Source of the DNA: Octopus bimaculoides
Lineage: Eukaryota
DNA: 64,000 bases
Assembly (NCBI RefSeq): GCF_001194135.2
Contig: NC_068981.1
Location: forward strand, 39,014,724 to 39,078,723
Reading direction: 5' to 3'
The position numbers and the translations under genes are program-made. The notes below the pieces were generated by a model. The model was not told the origin of the DNA and did no database searches. It saw only the letters and a program-made list of their open reading frames with translations. This document shows, piece by piece, positions 13,723-25,975 of this stretch; positions within the stretch are counted from its first letter, which is position 1; every line of letters begins with the position of its first letter.

Positions 13723-14229
13723 NNNNNNNNNNNNNNNNNNNNNNNNNNNNNNNNNNNNNNNNNNNNNNNNNNNNNNNNNNNNNNNNNNNNNNNNNNNNNN
13801 NNNNNNNNNNNNNNNNNNNNNNNNNNNNNNNNNNNNNNNNNNNNNNNNNNNNNNNNNNNNNNNNNNNNNNNNNNNNNNNNNNNNNNNNNNNNNNNNNNNN
13901 NNNNNNNNNNNNNNNNNNNNNNNNNNNNNNNNNNNNNNNNNNNNNNNNNNNNNNNNNNNNNNNNNNNNNNNNNNNNNNNNNNNNNNNNNNNNNAAAAATA
14001 TGCAACATATTTACCGAAAGCGAGGAAATGCAACTATATAGTTAATGCCCTTATATAAATCATATATTTATGGGAAAAAAACGCTGAGTTTTTTTTCCTT
14101 ATGGGGTTTTTTCATGCTGACTACCTGATAAATTCTTATAAAGATTTTATCCTATATTATATTATATATATATATATATATATATTTATGTATGTATATA
14201 TAAATATGTGTATATATGTGTGTGTGTGT

Positions 14230-14330
14230 AGGCTCTAGTCTGATTTGGAATGGTTTCTACGGCTTGATGCCCTTTCTAATGCCAACCACTTTACAGAATG
14301 AGCAGAGTGGTTTTACATGGCACTGCACTG
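14230..14330 (-). mobile_element. RTE-tail fragment
   Basis: ctagtctgatttggaatggtttctacgg..gatgccctttctaatgccaaccact is the reverse complement of the RTE 3' UTR (7055-7170). Confidence 0.7.
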
Positions 14331-14412
14331 CACGCTGGCACAGAACTCTTGCAGGCCAATACTTTTCCTCCGCGGGGAGTGACTTTAACACTTATATATA
14401 CATATACATGTT

Positions 14413-14450
<38 letters not shown>

Positions 14451-14512
14451 CATGCATACATACACACACACACACACACACACACATCTGTGTATATGTA
14501 TGTATGTATGTA

Positions 14513-14719
14513 TAAGAGTGTATAAAGCTTTATACACAGTGAGAAGACCCTTGACAGGATTTCTTACATGCTAAAATTGGTAGTTAAACCCAAACTACAA
14601 AAAAAGGAATTCTTAAGGCATGCAGCTTTTTCCATAGTTTGGGTTTAACTACCCTTTTTAGCATGTAAGAAATCCTGTCGAGGGTCTTCTTACTGTGTAT
14701 AAATCTTTATACACTTTTA
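14513..14719. repeat. fold-back (MITE-like) element, about 81-85 bp arms, each with a terminal 20-bp palindrome
   Basis: 14517-14597 is the near-perfect reverse complement of 14635-14715 around a 37-nt spacer. GTGTATAAAGCTTTATACAC at 14518-14537; GTGTATAAATCTTTATACAC at 14695-14714. Confidence 0.9.
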
Positions 14720-15123
14720 AATAAAATACTTTGTCTTATGGTTTTCATTAAGTATGTGAACCACTGGTAATTAATTATTTTAATTTTTTACCCCTATACT
14801 TTTGCAGTATATATATATATATATATATAAATATACATAACTCTTGGAAACAATTTGTTGAGTCAAAAGTTTTGCAATACTTTGGTGTCTTATTTGCTTT
14901 GTTTGTCATGTTACAACAAAAGCAGCCTGGCATTCAAAGTAGAGCCTTTCATGTTGTACTGTCTGAAGTCACCTTTCTTCCAGTTCTTTAATCCTACACC
15001 AATATCAGTTCTCGACCTTTGAGATAAAGAACCTCTTCACTGAAGTACAGTTCTATATTTAAGAGATGAGGAATTATGTACATTATTTACAATTGATGGA
15101 TATTTGTCATCTTGTTTGTTGTT

Positions 15124-15169
15124 AACACAACATTTTGGCTGATATACCCTCCAGCCTTCATCAAGTGTC
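15124..15169 (-). ncRNA. minimal type-I hammerhead ribozyme-like motif (decayed)
   Basis: GACAC-UUGAUGA-A-GGCUG(GAGGGUAUAU)CAGCC-AAAA-UGU-U-GUGUU. Stems I and II pair; G12 and C15.2 are altered by CpG-type changes. Confidence 0.6.
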
Positions 15170-15268
15170 TTGGGGAAATTTTGAACCATATGCCCACGGG
15201 CATATGGCATAGTGGTCAAGAGCACGGGCTACTAACCCTAAAATTCCGAGTTCGATTCCAGGCAGTGA

Positions 15269-15328
<60 letters not shown>

Positions 15329-15385
15329 CAACAGCAACATTGAAAAATACCTTAGGAATGAGAACCCAGTTCGAAATTTCTCCAA

Positions 15386-15431
15386 TACACTTGATGAAGG
15401 CTGGAGGGTATATAAGCCGAAATGTTGTGTG
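15386..15431 (+). ncRNA. minimal type-I hammerhead ribozyme-like motif (decayed)
   Basis: UACAC-UUGAUGA-A-GGCU(GGAGGGUAUAUA)AGCC-GAAA-UGU-U-GUGU. Core has U at position 3; stem III AUGU would be the palindrome ACGU before CpG decay. Confidence 0.65.
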
Positions 15432-17164
15432 AACAACAAACAAGATGAGGACAAATATCCGTTAAATGTAAATAATGTAAATAATGTGCTGTTCACTGAA
15501 GCTGTCACCACTTCTTGCTTGATGAAGCATTGCAAATACAGGAAATGAGCCATGGATCAGAACAAGAATAATTCAGGAGAGCAAGGTCCTGACTATTTGC
15601 TGGGTGTGGCTGGCATCAGTTTGATTCCCTCAAATTCTTGGAGTTTATTTCGGGTTGTGTGAGCAGTATATCTCATATTGTCTTGCTGTAGAAGAGTTCA
15701 CTTTCTGTTAACTAATGCCGGATAGTTTTACCACACAATGACATATACTCACTGCAGCTGTTCCGAATACAGGTTAGCATCGATGGTCTAAGCATCCAGA
15801 ACAATTTCATAGTGAATTATACCCTTATAAGTCCACCAGATGTAGAGCATTACTTGGTGTTCAAATTTCCATTGTTTGGTGACAGGGTCCAGAAGTTGGC
15901 CCTTGCTTAAATACCGCTTATGCATGTTAGGAATGCAGAAAAATATCTCTTTTGGATGAATACTTGTGCTTTAGTTGGCCCTGAATGTAGGAGATATTTT
16001 CTCAAATTGCCACACAGCAGGACTGAATGAAACCACATCTCTGTGGTCACCAAGCAAGCTTCTTAACCACAAAGTCATAGCTGCTGCTGTCATTTATAGA
16101 AATTTATTTTATGTGTTGTATTTAAATCACATTTATAGATGTTCATTTCATGTATTGAAATTACTTTGCTAACACAGTTCTGATAGTGAACCTAAGTAAC
16201 AATATTGTGACAAAAATATTGACACCTCATAAATAAAATAAAAATATAAGTTTTATCGACTTTTAGATGACTAAAATGACTCTTATAACATAAATACTTC
16301 AGTCAGTTTCAATGAATGATTTCAAGTCAAGTCCCGCTTACCAGACATGTAAAACTCCAAACTTTCATGTGCTGTTTTCATATAAAACGATTGCCAAAGT
16401 AGATTTATCAGAATTCGAAAATATACTGTAATTCAAATATATGACTCAGGAATTAGCTATGCTGATGCTAGTTCAGTGATGTCTGATGGTTTTCTTTTAA
16501 GTAATTTCTGAACGACGGTGACTGTACTAGATGTATTACTCTGCTTTTCAAACAATCGCACTAATGCCGTTGAAGGAGACATTTTAATAATAATGTAACT
16601 TAAGATCAGAATCAAATAACTGCACAAAATTGTCATGCAGAATTCCAAAGAAATTGCCATTTTCTGTGATAATGGTCACTGCAAATGCTCTACAGAAGAA
16701 TATCTAATATTCCAGGAATTCGATTCTAAAAGCATGCAATATAAAAGGAGTTGAATATTTCTTTAGCAACCATAGAAATTTTCAGCAGTAAAATTTCCTT
16801 TGACAGAAAAAGAAAACTAGTTAATGTATGCATGGAAAAATGCTAGAAAGTTAGAAGCAAGGGCAATTTCTGAATCAGTGACATATTTTTCCAATTTCCC
16901 CATTTCTGATCACCATAGACTAATACATCCTGTTTTCATCTGTTTCTCCCCCTTCCAAAATCTCTACCTGGATGTAACTATTTTCTAACAAATACACTGC
17001 AAAAACTCAATGAAATGTGTACCTTCCATTTCCTCTAAATTTCCGTCCTACCATTTTTGGTGTTGCTTTAATCGGAATACTTCCTGCATTGCCAATCAAC
17101 ACTTATTTATCTTGCAGCAAAACTTCAGCCATTGCAATTACAATATCTGAAATAAGAAAATTAC

Positions 17165-17436
17165 ATGTATAAATACATACATACATACATACATATATAT
17201 ATAATAATATATATATATATATAATAATATATATATATATATATATAATAATAATAATATAAATAATATATATATATATATATATATATACACAATTACG
17301 CACACACACAAACATACATTTATTCTTATGTCTATGTGTATATGTATGTACATATTTAGATAAACATATGTATATATAGATAGATAGATATACACCTATG
17401 TACACACACATATATACATACATGTGTATGTATGTG

Positions 17437-17504
<68 letters not shown>

Positions 17505-17505
17505 C
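17165..17505. repeat. compound microsatellite (TACA)n/(TA)n/(TAA)n/(CA)n
   Basis: Directly visible; explains the overlapping Y/I/C/V-rich ORFs. Confidence 0.95.
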
Positions 17506-18404
17506 GCACATCTCACTCTCTCTATGTATGTGTGTGAAGGGGAGGTTATATGTATGTATAGGTATAGCATAACATATGCTCTTTTCATTGTTATGATGAG
17601 ATGATCTATGTAGATGTAAAGGCATACATAACATATACTGTTGTATGTTTATATCATTTATTTTATATTCATGCAAGGATATATATGTATATCAAACAAT
17701 ACAGAAGAGTGAGAATGTATGTGTTTTCAACACACACACACACTTGCAAGCATATATACAGCCATACTCAAATGCATGTATATGTGTGTGTGTCCATGCA
17801 TACATATTCGTCTATATAGACACACTTTAATTTTTGTTTATTTCCTTATTTGCATAGTTATAAGAATGTTCTTGATATCATTTCTTACATTGTTTACAAC
17901 ACAAAAGCAGCTCTGTCTCATGAAATGAACAAGAAAATTAAGTTATAGAACTCAACAGACAGCTTAATTTAAAAGCAAAATATTTGAAACCTTTCACATA
18001 GTGTTTCACTAATGAACTCAAATCGTGAAATTTATCTTCATAGTTTTTGTTTCTTATAAATATCTTTTAGAATCCTAATTGCATTCAGATCATTATATCA
18101 ACATTTTATATTATTACAACTATGTCTCACGCACTAACTCTCATCATAATCATCATCATCATCAGCATTGTCACTCTTTTAACTATACTTGTGTGAAGCA
18201 GGTGACAGTATGCTGAGGCCTAGTTTTCTGTGACTGGATGCCCTTTCTATTGCCAACCTCTACTTGCTGCCAAGTGAGGTAGTATTATTTCAGTGTTACA
18301 AATAACAAACAGACTGGACCTGTTTTAGATGGTAAGCTGGAAAACAGCAAATATGAACTCACTTGCACAAACACACACACACACACATATAAACAAACAG
18401 AGAG

Positions 18405-18765
18405 ACAGATATGCTTTTATTCTTTTACTTGTTTCAGTAATTTGACTGCTACCAATCTGGAGCACCAACTTTAAGGATTTAATTGAATTAATTAACCTGA
18501 GTACATATTCTAAAAGGTTTCTTTTTGCCAAATCATTTAGGCATGAGGATGTATAACAAATCAACACAAGTTGTCAAATATGTATGCACTCATATATAAA
18601 CATGCCTATGAATATCTTCAACACAGTTTCTGTCTACCAAATTCATTCACAGCCAGCAGTCAGCTGGAGACAATGATAGAGAATATTTGCCCATGATGTT
18701 GTGCAGTGAAATGTAACTTGAAACCATATTGTTTTTAAGCAAACTTCTTAAACTCACAGCTATGC
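18405..18765 (-). mobile_element. SINE family A (degraded)
   Basis: ttttacttgtttcagtaatttgactgc, ctggagcacc, acagtttctgtctaccaaattc, gtgcagtgaaatgtaacttgaaacc. Confidence 0.8.
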
Positions 18766-19410
18766 CTATGTATAAATATATACATATACATATATGCATA
18801 CATATTAATATACATATGTATATATGTCTCTTCTATTTTTTTTAATTATAATAAATCTTCCACTGAGAAGGGAGCCAGATTCCAACAAAGATACAAGGCT
18901 CCATCTTTGGGATGTAGTTAACAGACAAATTCACATTTGGAACTTTAGAAAAGTCTTGCATATTTTTTACTGTTCCACTCACAGACTGGACTTGTAATGA
19001 ACGAATTAGCTGACCACACATATGCATATGCTTACATTTTTACGGATGCTTGTATGAATGAGTGTACACATGCCATGCAGTTTGCGTGAGGGCATTTGTA
19101 CATCCATATTTGTTAATGATTATGTTTAAAGCTTTTCTCGATATATTGCATGTTCATTTCTTTTTTGCATCTGTAATTTTATTTTTGATCTTCTATATAA
19201 ATGAAGATATTTCTATTATTTTACTGCTTTTCACTTTACGAAATGAGAAAATTCATTGCGGAACTGTTATTTTAGCAAGTTGTGTCTATCTATCACCTAA
19301 TAAGATGAATCTGCACCACCAAATACTCCTGAACCAGTTGTTTAGTGTGCCATCCATGAGGCATTAATTGTCATGATTAATAAATTCTTGTATATTCCAT
19401 CTTTCATTTA

Positions 19411-19486
<76 letters not shown>

Positions 19487-19511
19487 ATATGCCTATATAT
19501 ATATATGTACA

Positions 19512-19542
<31 letters not shown>

Positions 19543-19945
19543 CTATAACTGAAATGAGCAGAAAACAAGTTATTGACATTTTTGATATTTCATTACTTAT
19601 CACTTACCAATTATTTGTCACTTAAACTATATTTTCCTTCTTGGTTGAAGCTGGATTCTTTTACAATATATTACATTAGGCTTCAGAATTCAATATATTT
19701 CTTCTGATGAAATGATCTGCGATTGATTTGAATGATTATTGAAACGGATGTAACAAAATATCTTAAATATTAATAACTGTTTCTGTCTTTGTTCCTTTTA
19801 TTTTTATACAGATCTTGTTACTATGTTATCATCTGATTCCATGTCAATGATGCATCATAGACTGCATATAGGATTCAGAGTTTATTGAAACTTAATTCTC
19901 ATGTTAACTTTTTGCACATTCAGCACCTCAATACATACAAATATA

Positions 19946-20150
19946 AAGGTGGCATGCTATCAGAATCATTGCCATGCCAGGGAAATAACAGCATTTCTTC
20001 CAACTTTACATTCTGACTTAGAATGCTACCTGGGTTGACTCTGCCTTTCATCCTTTCAGGGTCGATAAAATAAGTACCAGTTGAGTAGTGGAGTCAATAT
20101 AATTGAATTACCCACACCCATGGAATTGCTGGCCTTGAGTGAAAACTTGA
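19946..20150 (+). mobile_element. SINE family B
   Basis: ggttgactctgcctttcatcctttcagggtcgataaaataagtaccagtt core. Confidence 0.8.
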
Positions 20151-20311
20151 AAACACCAATATACATAAGTATATAGATATATTTATACGTTACACACACG
20201 TACAAACATACATACATGCATATATATACATATATGAGAATATGTCTGCATGTGTGTGTGAGTATGTGTGTTTCTGTGTATGTATGTATATATATATATA
20301 TATATATATAT

Positions 20312-20458
20312 AAATCAAAGGTAATAAATAACAAACGGAAATTGTCAAAATATAGCAAGCAGGAAAAGGACGGATAACACAACAATAGCAGACAGGACAA
20401 AACATGATACACGAATCATTCGCAGCCAATTGCTTCTTCAGTCGGAATCTGGAATGTC

Positions 20459-20460
<2 letters not shown>
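20312..20460 (-). mobile_element. short repeat between (CT)n and (TA)n carrying a degenerate hammerhead-like motif (20412-20444)
   Basis: Minus strand: CGA-CUGAAGA-A-GCA(AUUGGC)UGC-GAA-UGAU-UCG. The core and stem II are intact; the GAAA/stem III side is degenerate. Confidence 0.4.
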
Positions 20461-20502
<42 letters not shown>

Positions 20503-21136
20503 TAGATAGAGAGGCAGACAGGCAGGTAGACAAAGAGAGAGAGAGAGAATTCTGTTGCTGCATAAGTCTGCATAATTCTGCTGCTGCGATTAATTGAGAG
20601 CAGACACCCATTCTTCATTCTTAACACTCATTCCTATCCATTTTCACAACTAGCACTCCCTACTTTTCTTGACCATTTTTTATATTCACGTACCACTGAC
20701 CAGTTTCCTTCCTAATACTATGTCTCTTACCCCTTTCTCCTTCTCATTATTGTACAACTTTTGCTCACTCATCCTCACCTATCAGCCTCCTCTTTCTCAT
20801 TATTTTATATCATACTATAGTTATATTGCCTAATTTTAACTATATAATCATTATCCACTTATATAATTTATTTTGCTGCTCTTCTCTCTTTTTTTATCGC
20901 AGCTTATCACTTTCCCCAAACCACTAAATACACTTTGAAAAGTGGGTTGCATTAGGAAGGGCATCCAGATGTAGATCATGCCAATACAGACTTTGGAATT
21001 TAACACAATCTTCTGACTTGTCAGTTCCTGTCAAAGTGGTCACTGGTCCACATTTAGTGGACATACATATATACATGCTTAAGCATTTACATACACACAC
21101 ATATATGCACACTTTGGAGATAGTAATAAATGGAAA

Positions 21137-21368
21137 GGGTGGCAAGCTGGCAGAATCATTAGCATGCAGGGCGAAATCCTTAGCGGCATTTCGTCTGCCA
21201 TTACATTCTGAGTTCAAATTCCGCCAAGGTTGACTTTGCCTTTCATCCTTTTGGAGTCGGTTAAACAGTACCAGTTATGCACAGAGTTCGATGTAATTAA
21301 CTTAATCCCTTTGTCTGTCCTTGTTTTTCCTCTCTATGTTTAGCCCCCTGTGGGCAATAAAGAAATAA
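21137..21368 (+). mobile_element. SINE family B, full-length with TSD
   Basis: ggtggcaagctggcagaatc head, ttctgagttcaaattcc B-box, tail to gcaataaagaaata. TSD atagtaataaatg(g)aaa at 21120-21136 and 21369-21384. Confidence 0.9.
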
Positions 21369-21647
21369 ATAGTAATAAATGAAAGAGAAACTATGAATGC
21401 TATAAAATAGAGTAATAGAGTATTAATTTAATTTGGTCATGTGACACCAATACTGGCACATGTTTTGATCCCACTCCATGTCACCTTGGATAAAATAGCT
21501 CCTATTAGGTCGACAAAAGCATTTTCTCTCTCTTCCCCTCTCTCTCCTCTCTTTCTCATCTCTCTCTCTCTCTCTCTCTCTTGCACCAGCATGACCGCAG
21601 CCACTTGGCTGAAACAAATAAATAAATAAATAAATAAATAAATAGTT

Positions 21648-21785
21648 GAAATTTACAGGAAAACGAAAGAGGAAGGCAGGTGTATAAACAACAAACAGGT
21701 GTATTAGTTTAATGCTCAGAAAGGTGAGAAAATCTTTTACATTTCAAGCCTACGCTCTTCAACAGAAAGGAACATGAGGAAACAT
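21648..21785 (-). mobile_element. short PLE-like terminal repeat, family H, copy 1, with hammerhead-like motif at 21734-21769
   Basis: Minus strand: CUUU-CUGUUGA-A-GAGC(GUAG)GCUU-GAAA-UGU-A-AAAG. Downstream sequence is colinear with 31930-32085. Confidence 0.7.
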
Positions 21786-21871
21786 ATAGAGAGAGAGATA
21801 GAAAGAGAGACAGAGAGATAGAAAGAGAGAGAGAGAGATAGAAAGAGAGAGAGAGAGAGAGNNNNNNNNNN

Positions 21872-21917
<46 letters not shown>

Positions 21918-22565
21918 TTGGTGCAGTCATTTGGCTTGTCAAACCATCCAGCCCATGCCAGCATGGAAAATGGCCAGTAACTGATGATGACGATAATGTG
22001 TGTATATGCATATGCATGTATAAGCACACTTGCTTATATATATATGCATATGTGTGAGTGTGTTAGTGTGTGTGTATGTATGTGTAGGCATGTATATTTG
22101 CTTACACATATTTGTATATTAATTACACAAACCCACGTGAGGGGCAATATCCTATATTTTTTAGTCAGAATTTGACATTTTGAAACAAATATCCATCCAT
22201 TAACTTACTCTGGCTCTTTATGAAATTCCATAAACATTTCTTTATACCTTTTATGCTAGCATTCCAAGCTACTGTGATCCCTAAAATGGAAGGTCACACT
22301 TAATCTAATAGCCTCTCATATACTTAACTTAGCAGTCTGCACAAAAATATTGGATCCCACTTTCAAGGCTAGAAAACATTAGAAAATCTACCTGTAATGT
22401 TATGCAATACATTATATGCTGTCAAAACTGAAAAATCAAAAGCATATTTACAATGGTACTCCTACAACACTCGCATTCTAGAGTAAATACTAAAGACAAA
22501 AATGTATCCAATAAAGAGTTTTCCTTTGTCAATATGTTATAATCACTTCTTGTTGTTAAATTGTG

Positions 22566-22615
<50 letters not shown>

Positions 22616-22974
22616 TTCTCTCTCCTTGTGTCACCATTACTGTACTGCCCTTTTGTTGCTTTGTACATTTTGATCACCATACTCCACCTCTTTCTTAATC
22701 TTGTCACCTCACCTCCTCTCACTTCTTCCATTATGTCTAGAATAACTTATTCTTCATGGGGGGTTGTATGGTTTTGGGTTCAGTCCTACTGCATAGCACC
22801 TCAGCCAAGTATTTTTTTACTATTGTTCTTGTTCAGCAAAAGCCTTGCCAGTTGATTTGGCAGATGAAAACTGAAAGAAGCATATCACACATGTATGCAT
22901 GCACACATGCACACACACACACATACATACATTACATGCATACATACATGCATGCATGCATGCAGACATACATA

Positions 22975-23165
22975 TTGTATATCAATGTTATTCATTTCCA
23001 ATATTCAGTAATAACATGTCTGGCTTTGGGAAAATATCACATTGCTTGGAAACAGGAAAGAGTTGGTGACATGAAGGATATCAGACCATAGAAAATCTAC
23101 CTCAATATATAAACTCCATCTGACCCATACAAGCATGAAAAAATAGCCATTAAAATGATGAAGAT
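22975..23165 (+). mobile_element. family E repeat with RTE-like tail
   Basis: ggaaacaggaaagagttggtgacatgaaggatatcagaccatagaaaatctacctc...gacccatacaagcatg...atgatgaagatg. Confidence 0.6.
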
Positions 23166-24564
23166 GCTGCCCTCTTCAAAACACATCCATTTGGCTCTCG
23201 TATCATTTGATTTTTTTCCAATGAACAACACTTAAACTTCACATTAACTATATCAATCAAATCCAACTTTCATATCTCATAATCAAAATGCCCCTGATAA
23301 GTTGATATTAAGCTCTTTCTCAGATTAAATAACAAAATTAATTACTAATTCTGTATTGATTAATATTGACAGTAACATTTTCTGTTTTAATTGGATATAG
23401 CATCTTTAATTATTTTAATCTATTCAAAATGTGAATATTTTAAAAAATCATTATCATTTCTAAGGATATTATAGTCTTATAGTTATTCACATTGTTTTGC
23501 TTTTCTTCACAGCTGATCCAACTCAAACCAAAACATCATAGTTTTCTCTCACATCTTTATATGCTCTGGAAGCTATTCTGTATAAGTTAGCAGCTTTTGT
23601 ATCCTGTAATATTGTTACATTTTTCTACATGATTAGTAGCTTTACTGTTTACACACTCATTCTAAGTAAATCTTAGACGATACAAATTAATAACACTGTT
23701 ACTATTCTCATTGCTTAAATTCCCCAATCACTCAATTTAACAGGCCATAACCATAATTAGTTTAAAGGTCCCATCACTTACACCATAATTCCAACTATCA
23801 GATGCTTTTTCTCGCAAGTAGCTCCATATCTATTCAATATGGAAAGTTATATAATCCTCTAAAGTTATATAAACCTGTTAATGTGCAAGAATTCCATTGC
23901 TATTATGACATCTTCAAAGAAATACATTTAGAGCTTCACAAATAATTGTTGCATCACAATCATAATTTCCAGTTTGATAGAGGCAATTATTAATGTCTCC
24001 TATTTATCTAACTTTCTCTTCAATTATAGAAAGATTGCTACATTATTTCTTATGAAACATTGTTCTCTTAATGTTAGGACAGCACATTTGCTGTGCTGCA
24101 TTAGCTATTAACAATAACTTCAACAGGGGAGACAACCGTCTTTTTCTGGATGGAAAATGAAGGAAACTAAATTAGTGATCAACTTTCAGCAGTAGTAATA
24201 AATGATAATCTAACATTATTCATTACCTAAAATAATGTACTTGGCTAAATTTATAATAGGTAGTGGTAATGTGGTGTCTATGAGAAAAATAACTTAAACT
24301 ATAAGTACAAAATCTGTTTATAACATAATTGAACACTACCATTTTATGTTCTTAGCTGCTTAATTGTACCCTCTCTCTGTGAGCTGTTAACTATCTAAAG
24401 AATAATTTTACATCTTTGTGTTAATTAAACCATTACATGACTTCAATTTTCTCAATCAACTCTATAGAAATAAGACATCAGCATCATCATAGATGGTTAT
24501 AATGTAAAGTGATTGCTATCATTCTTTCACTTTCTCTCTTAATATAACAGGGGATTCAGGACTA

Positions 24565-24775
24565 CAAGCTGGCAAAATCATTAGCACATCAGCAAAAGTG
24601 CTTCGCAATCTTCCCTCTGACTTTACATTCTGAGTTCAAATGCTGCCAAGGTCAACTTTGTCTTTTGTCTTTTCATGGTCGATAAGATAAGTGCCAGTTA
24701 AGCACTGGGGTTAAAGTAATTGGCTTATTCTCTTACACAAAAGTGTTGGCTTGTGCAAAAATTTCAAACTAATAA
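24565..24775 (+). mobile_element. SINE family B
   Basis: caagctggcaaaatcattagc head; ttctgagttcaaatgctgccaaggtcaactttg core. Confidence 0.8.
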
Positions 24776-24777
24776 GA

Positions 24778-25545
24778 CAGGATGTTCAGATTTGATTTGA
24801 CAATTTTTATGTCTCAATTTTCAAAAACAGGTTGATGAATTGGTGAACAGTCAACAGCGTTGGAGAGCATAAAGATTAAAGTTGTATTTGAGAAAAAGTT
24901 GCCTGACATGGAGTACTGGAATTTATTTGAATATTGGAAATGAGTTACCTGTATCATGATGATTCACACAGGGTATCAAATTTCCAACATCAAGATTGCT
25001 ACTCAATGCTCTGTGAATGCTATGAAAAATGGAAGACATGATATGGACAGCTGCAATGAAGACTATAAAGCCATGGCAGGCAGGAAGTGACTTCAATCTG
25101 GGTGGCATCATGCTGCCCTATAGGGCCTTATACACAAGTCAAACAGCTATGTGAAGCTGCTAGAGACTGTGGTAAAACCCTAGCTGGAGAGGGATGCTGC
25201 TGGAAGGTCACAGGTGTGGTAACAGGATTTGGTTCCTTGTCATACCTCCAGAAATATTGAGAAGTGGTTATTGGATAATTTCTACTTCATCAGCCCCAAT
25301 TTCTGGCCTCCTAATTCCCTAGTTGTAATCCCAAGGGTTACTATGGGTAGGGTGTGGCTCAGAAAGACACAAACTGCTCTGCCTGCGACACCAAGGCCAA
25401 GCTGGTGGCCAAGATTAGAGAGATGCTTGAAGATCTTTCCAGGGACACAGTGAGGAATGTGGGCACAAGCTTTCTAAACCATCTAAGGGTGTGGTGGATG
25501 CTGAGGGCAACTACTTGGAATAAACTTTTATCTCCCAGCCACTAT
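24778..25545 (+). mobile_element. Tc1/mariner-superfamily transposase remnant (maT/DD37D-like)
   Basis: QDLVPCHTSRNIEKWLLDNFYFISPNFWPPNS.. and KDTNCSACDTKAKLVAKIREMLEDLSRDTVRN...VVDAEGNYLE*. Left end caggatgttcaga is TIR-like. Confidence 0.75.
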
Positions 25546-25689
25546 CTAGTTGTCACACTTTGAATTTGTTTTTAAATACTTTTATTCTTGGATGGAAATT
25601 CATGTTTTATTTTCCTTTTATGTAAACTGTCAAATTTAGTCCAGACATGCTCTCTGTGTGTGAGTGTGTGTATGTGTGTGTGTTTGAGT

Positions 25690-25975
25690 GTGTATGCATT
25701 TCAGTGTGTGTGTATGTGAGTGTGTGTATGTGTGTGTGTGTGTGTATGTGTTTGAGTGTGGTGTCTGAGTGTGTTGTGTTTGTCCCCTCATTGCTTGACA
25801 ATCAGTGTTGATTTGTTTATGTTCCCATAATTAAACAGTTTAATGAAAAAGACTGATAGAATAAGTACCAGACTTTAAAAATAAGTACTGGGTTTGATCT
25901 GTTCAACTAAACTCTTCAAAATGATGCCCCAGCATGGCCACAGTCCATTGACAGAAACAAGTAAAAATTAAAGAA
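25690..25975 (+). mobile_element. SINE family A, 3' half
   Basis: gtgtttgtcccctcattgcttgacaatc...gaataagtacca...ccccagcatggccacagtc...gaaacaagtaaaa. Confidence 0.8.

Larger units (their letters stand above)
15046..15491 (+). mobile_element. tRNA-headed SINE with (AAT)n spacer and hammerhead-bearing PLE-like tail, preceded by an inverted tail copy; 10-bp TSD
   Basis: A-box TGGCATAGTGG 15205-15215; B-box GAGTTCGATTCC 15248-15259; (AAT)n 15273-15325; inverted arms about 15077-15187 / 15368-15480; TSD TTCACTGAAG at 15036-15045 and 15492-15501. Confidence 0.85.
14925..15960 (-). mobile_element. mariner catalytic-domain remnant, interrupted by the 15046-15491 insertion
   Basis: VMLYIWWTYKGIIHYE, LLQQDNMRY, LF*SMAHFL..QEVVTASV|KRFFISK...LYFE. 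The reading frame resumes exactly across the insertion. Confidence 0.85.

Noticed and set aside
15198-15270. Functional tRNA gene
   Set aside because: A and B boxes are present but there is no acceptor stem or oligo-T terminator; it is a SINE head.
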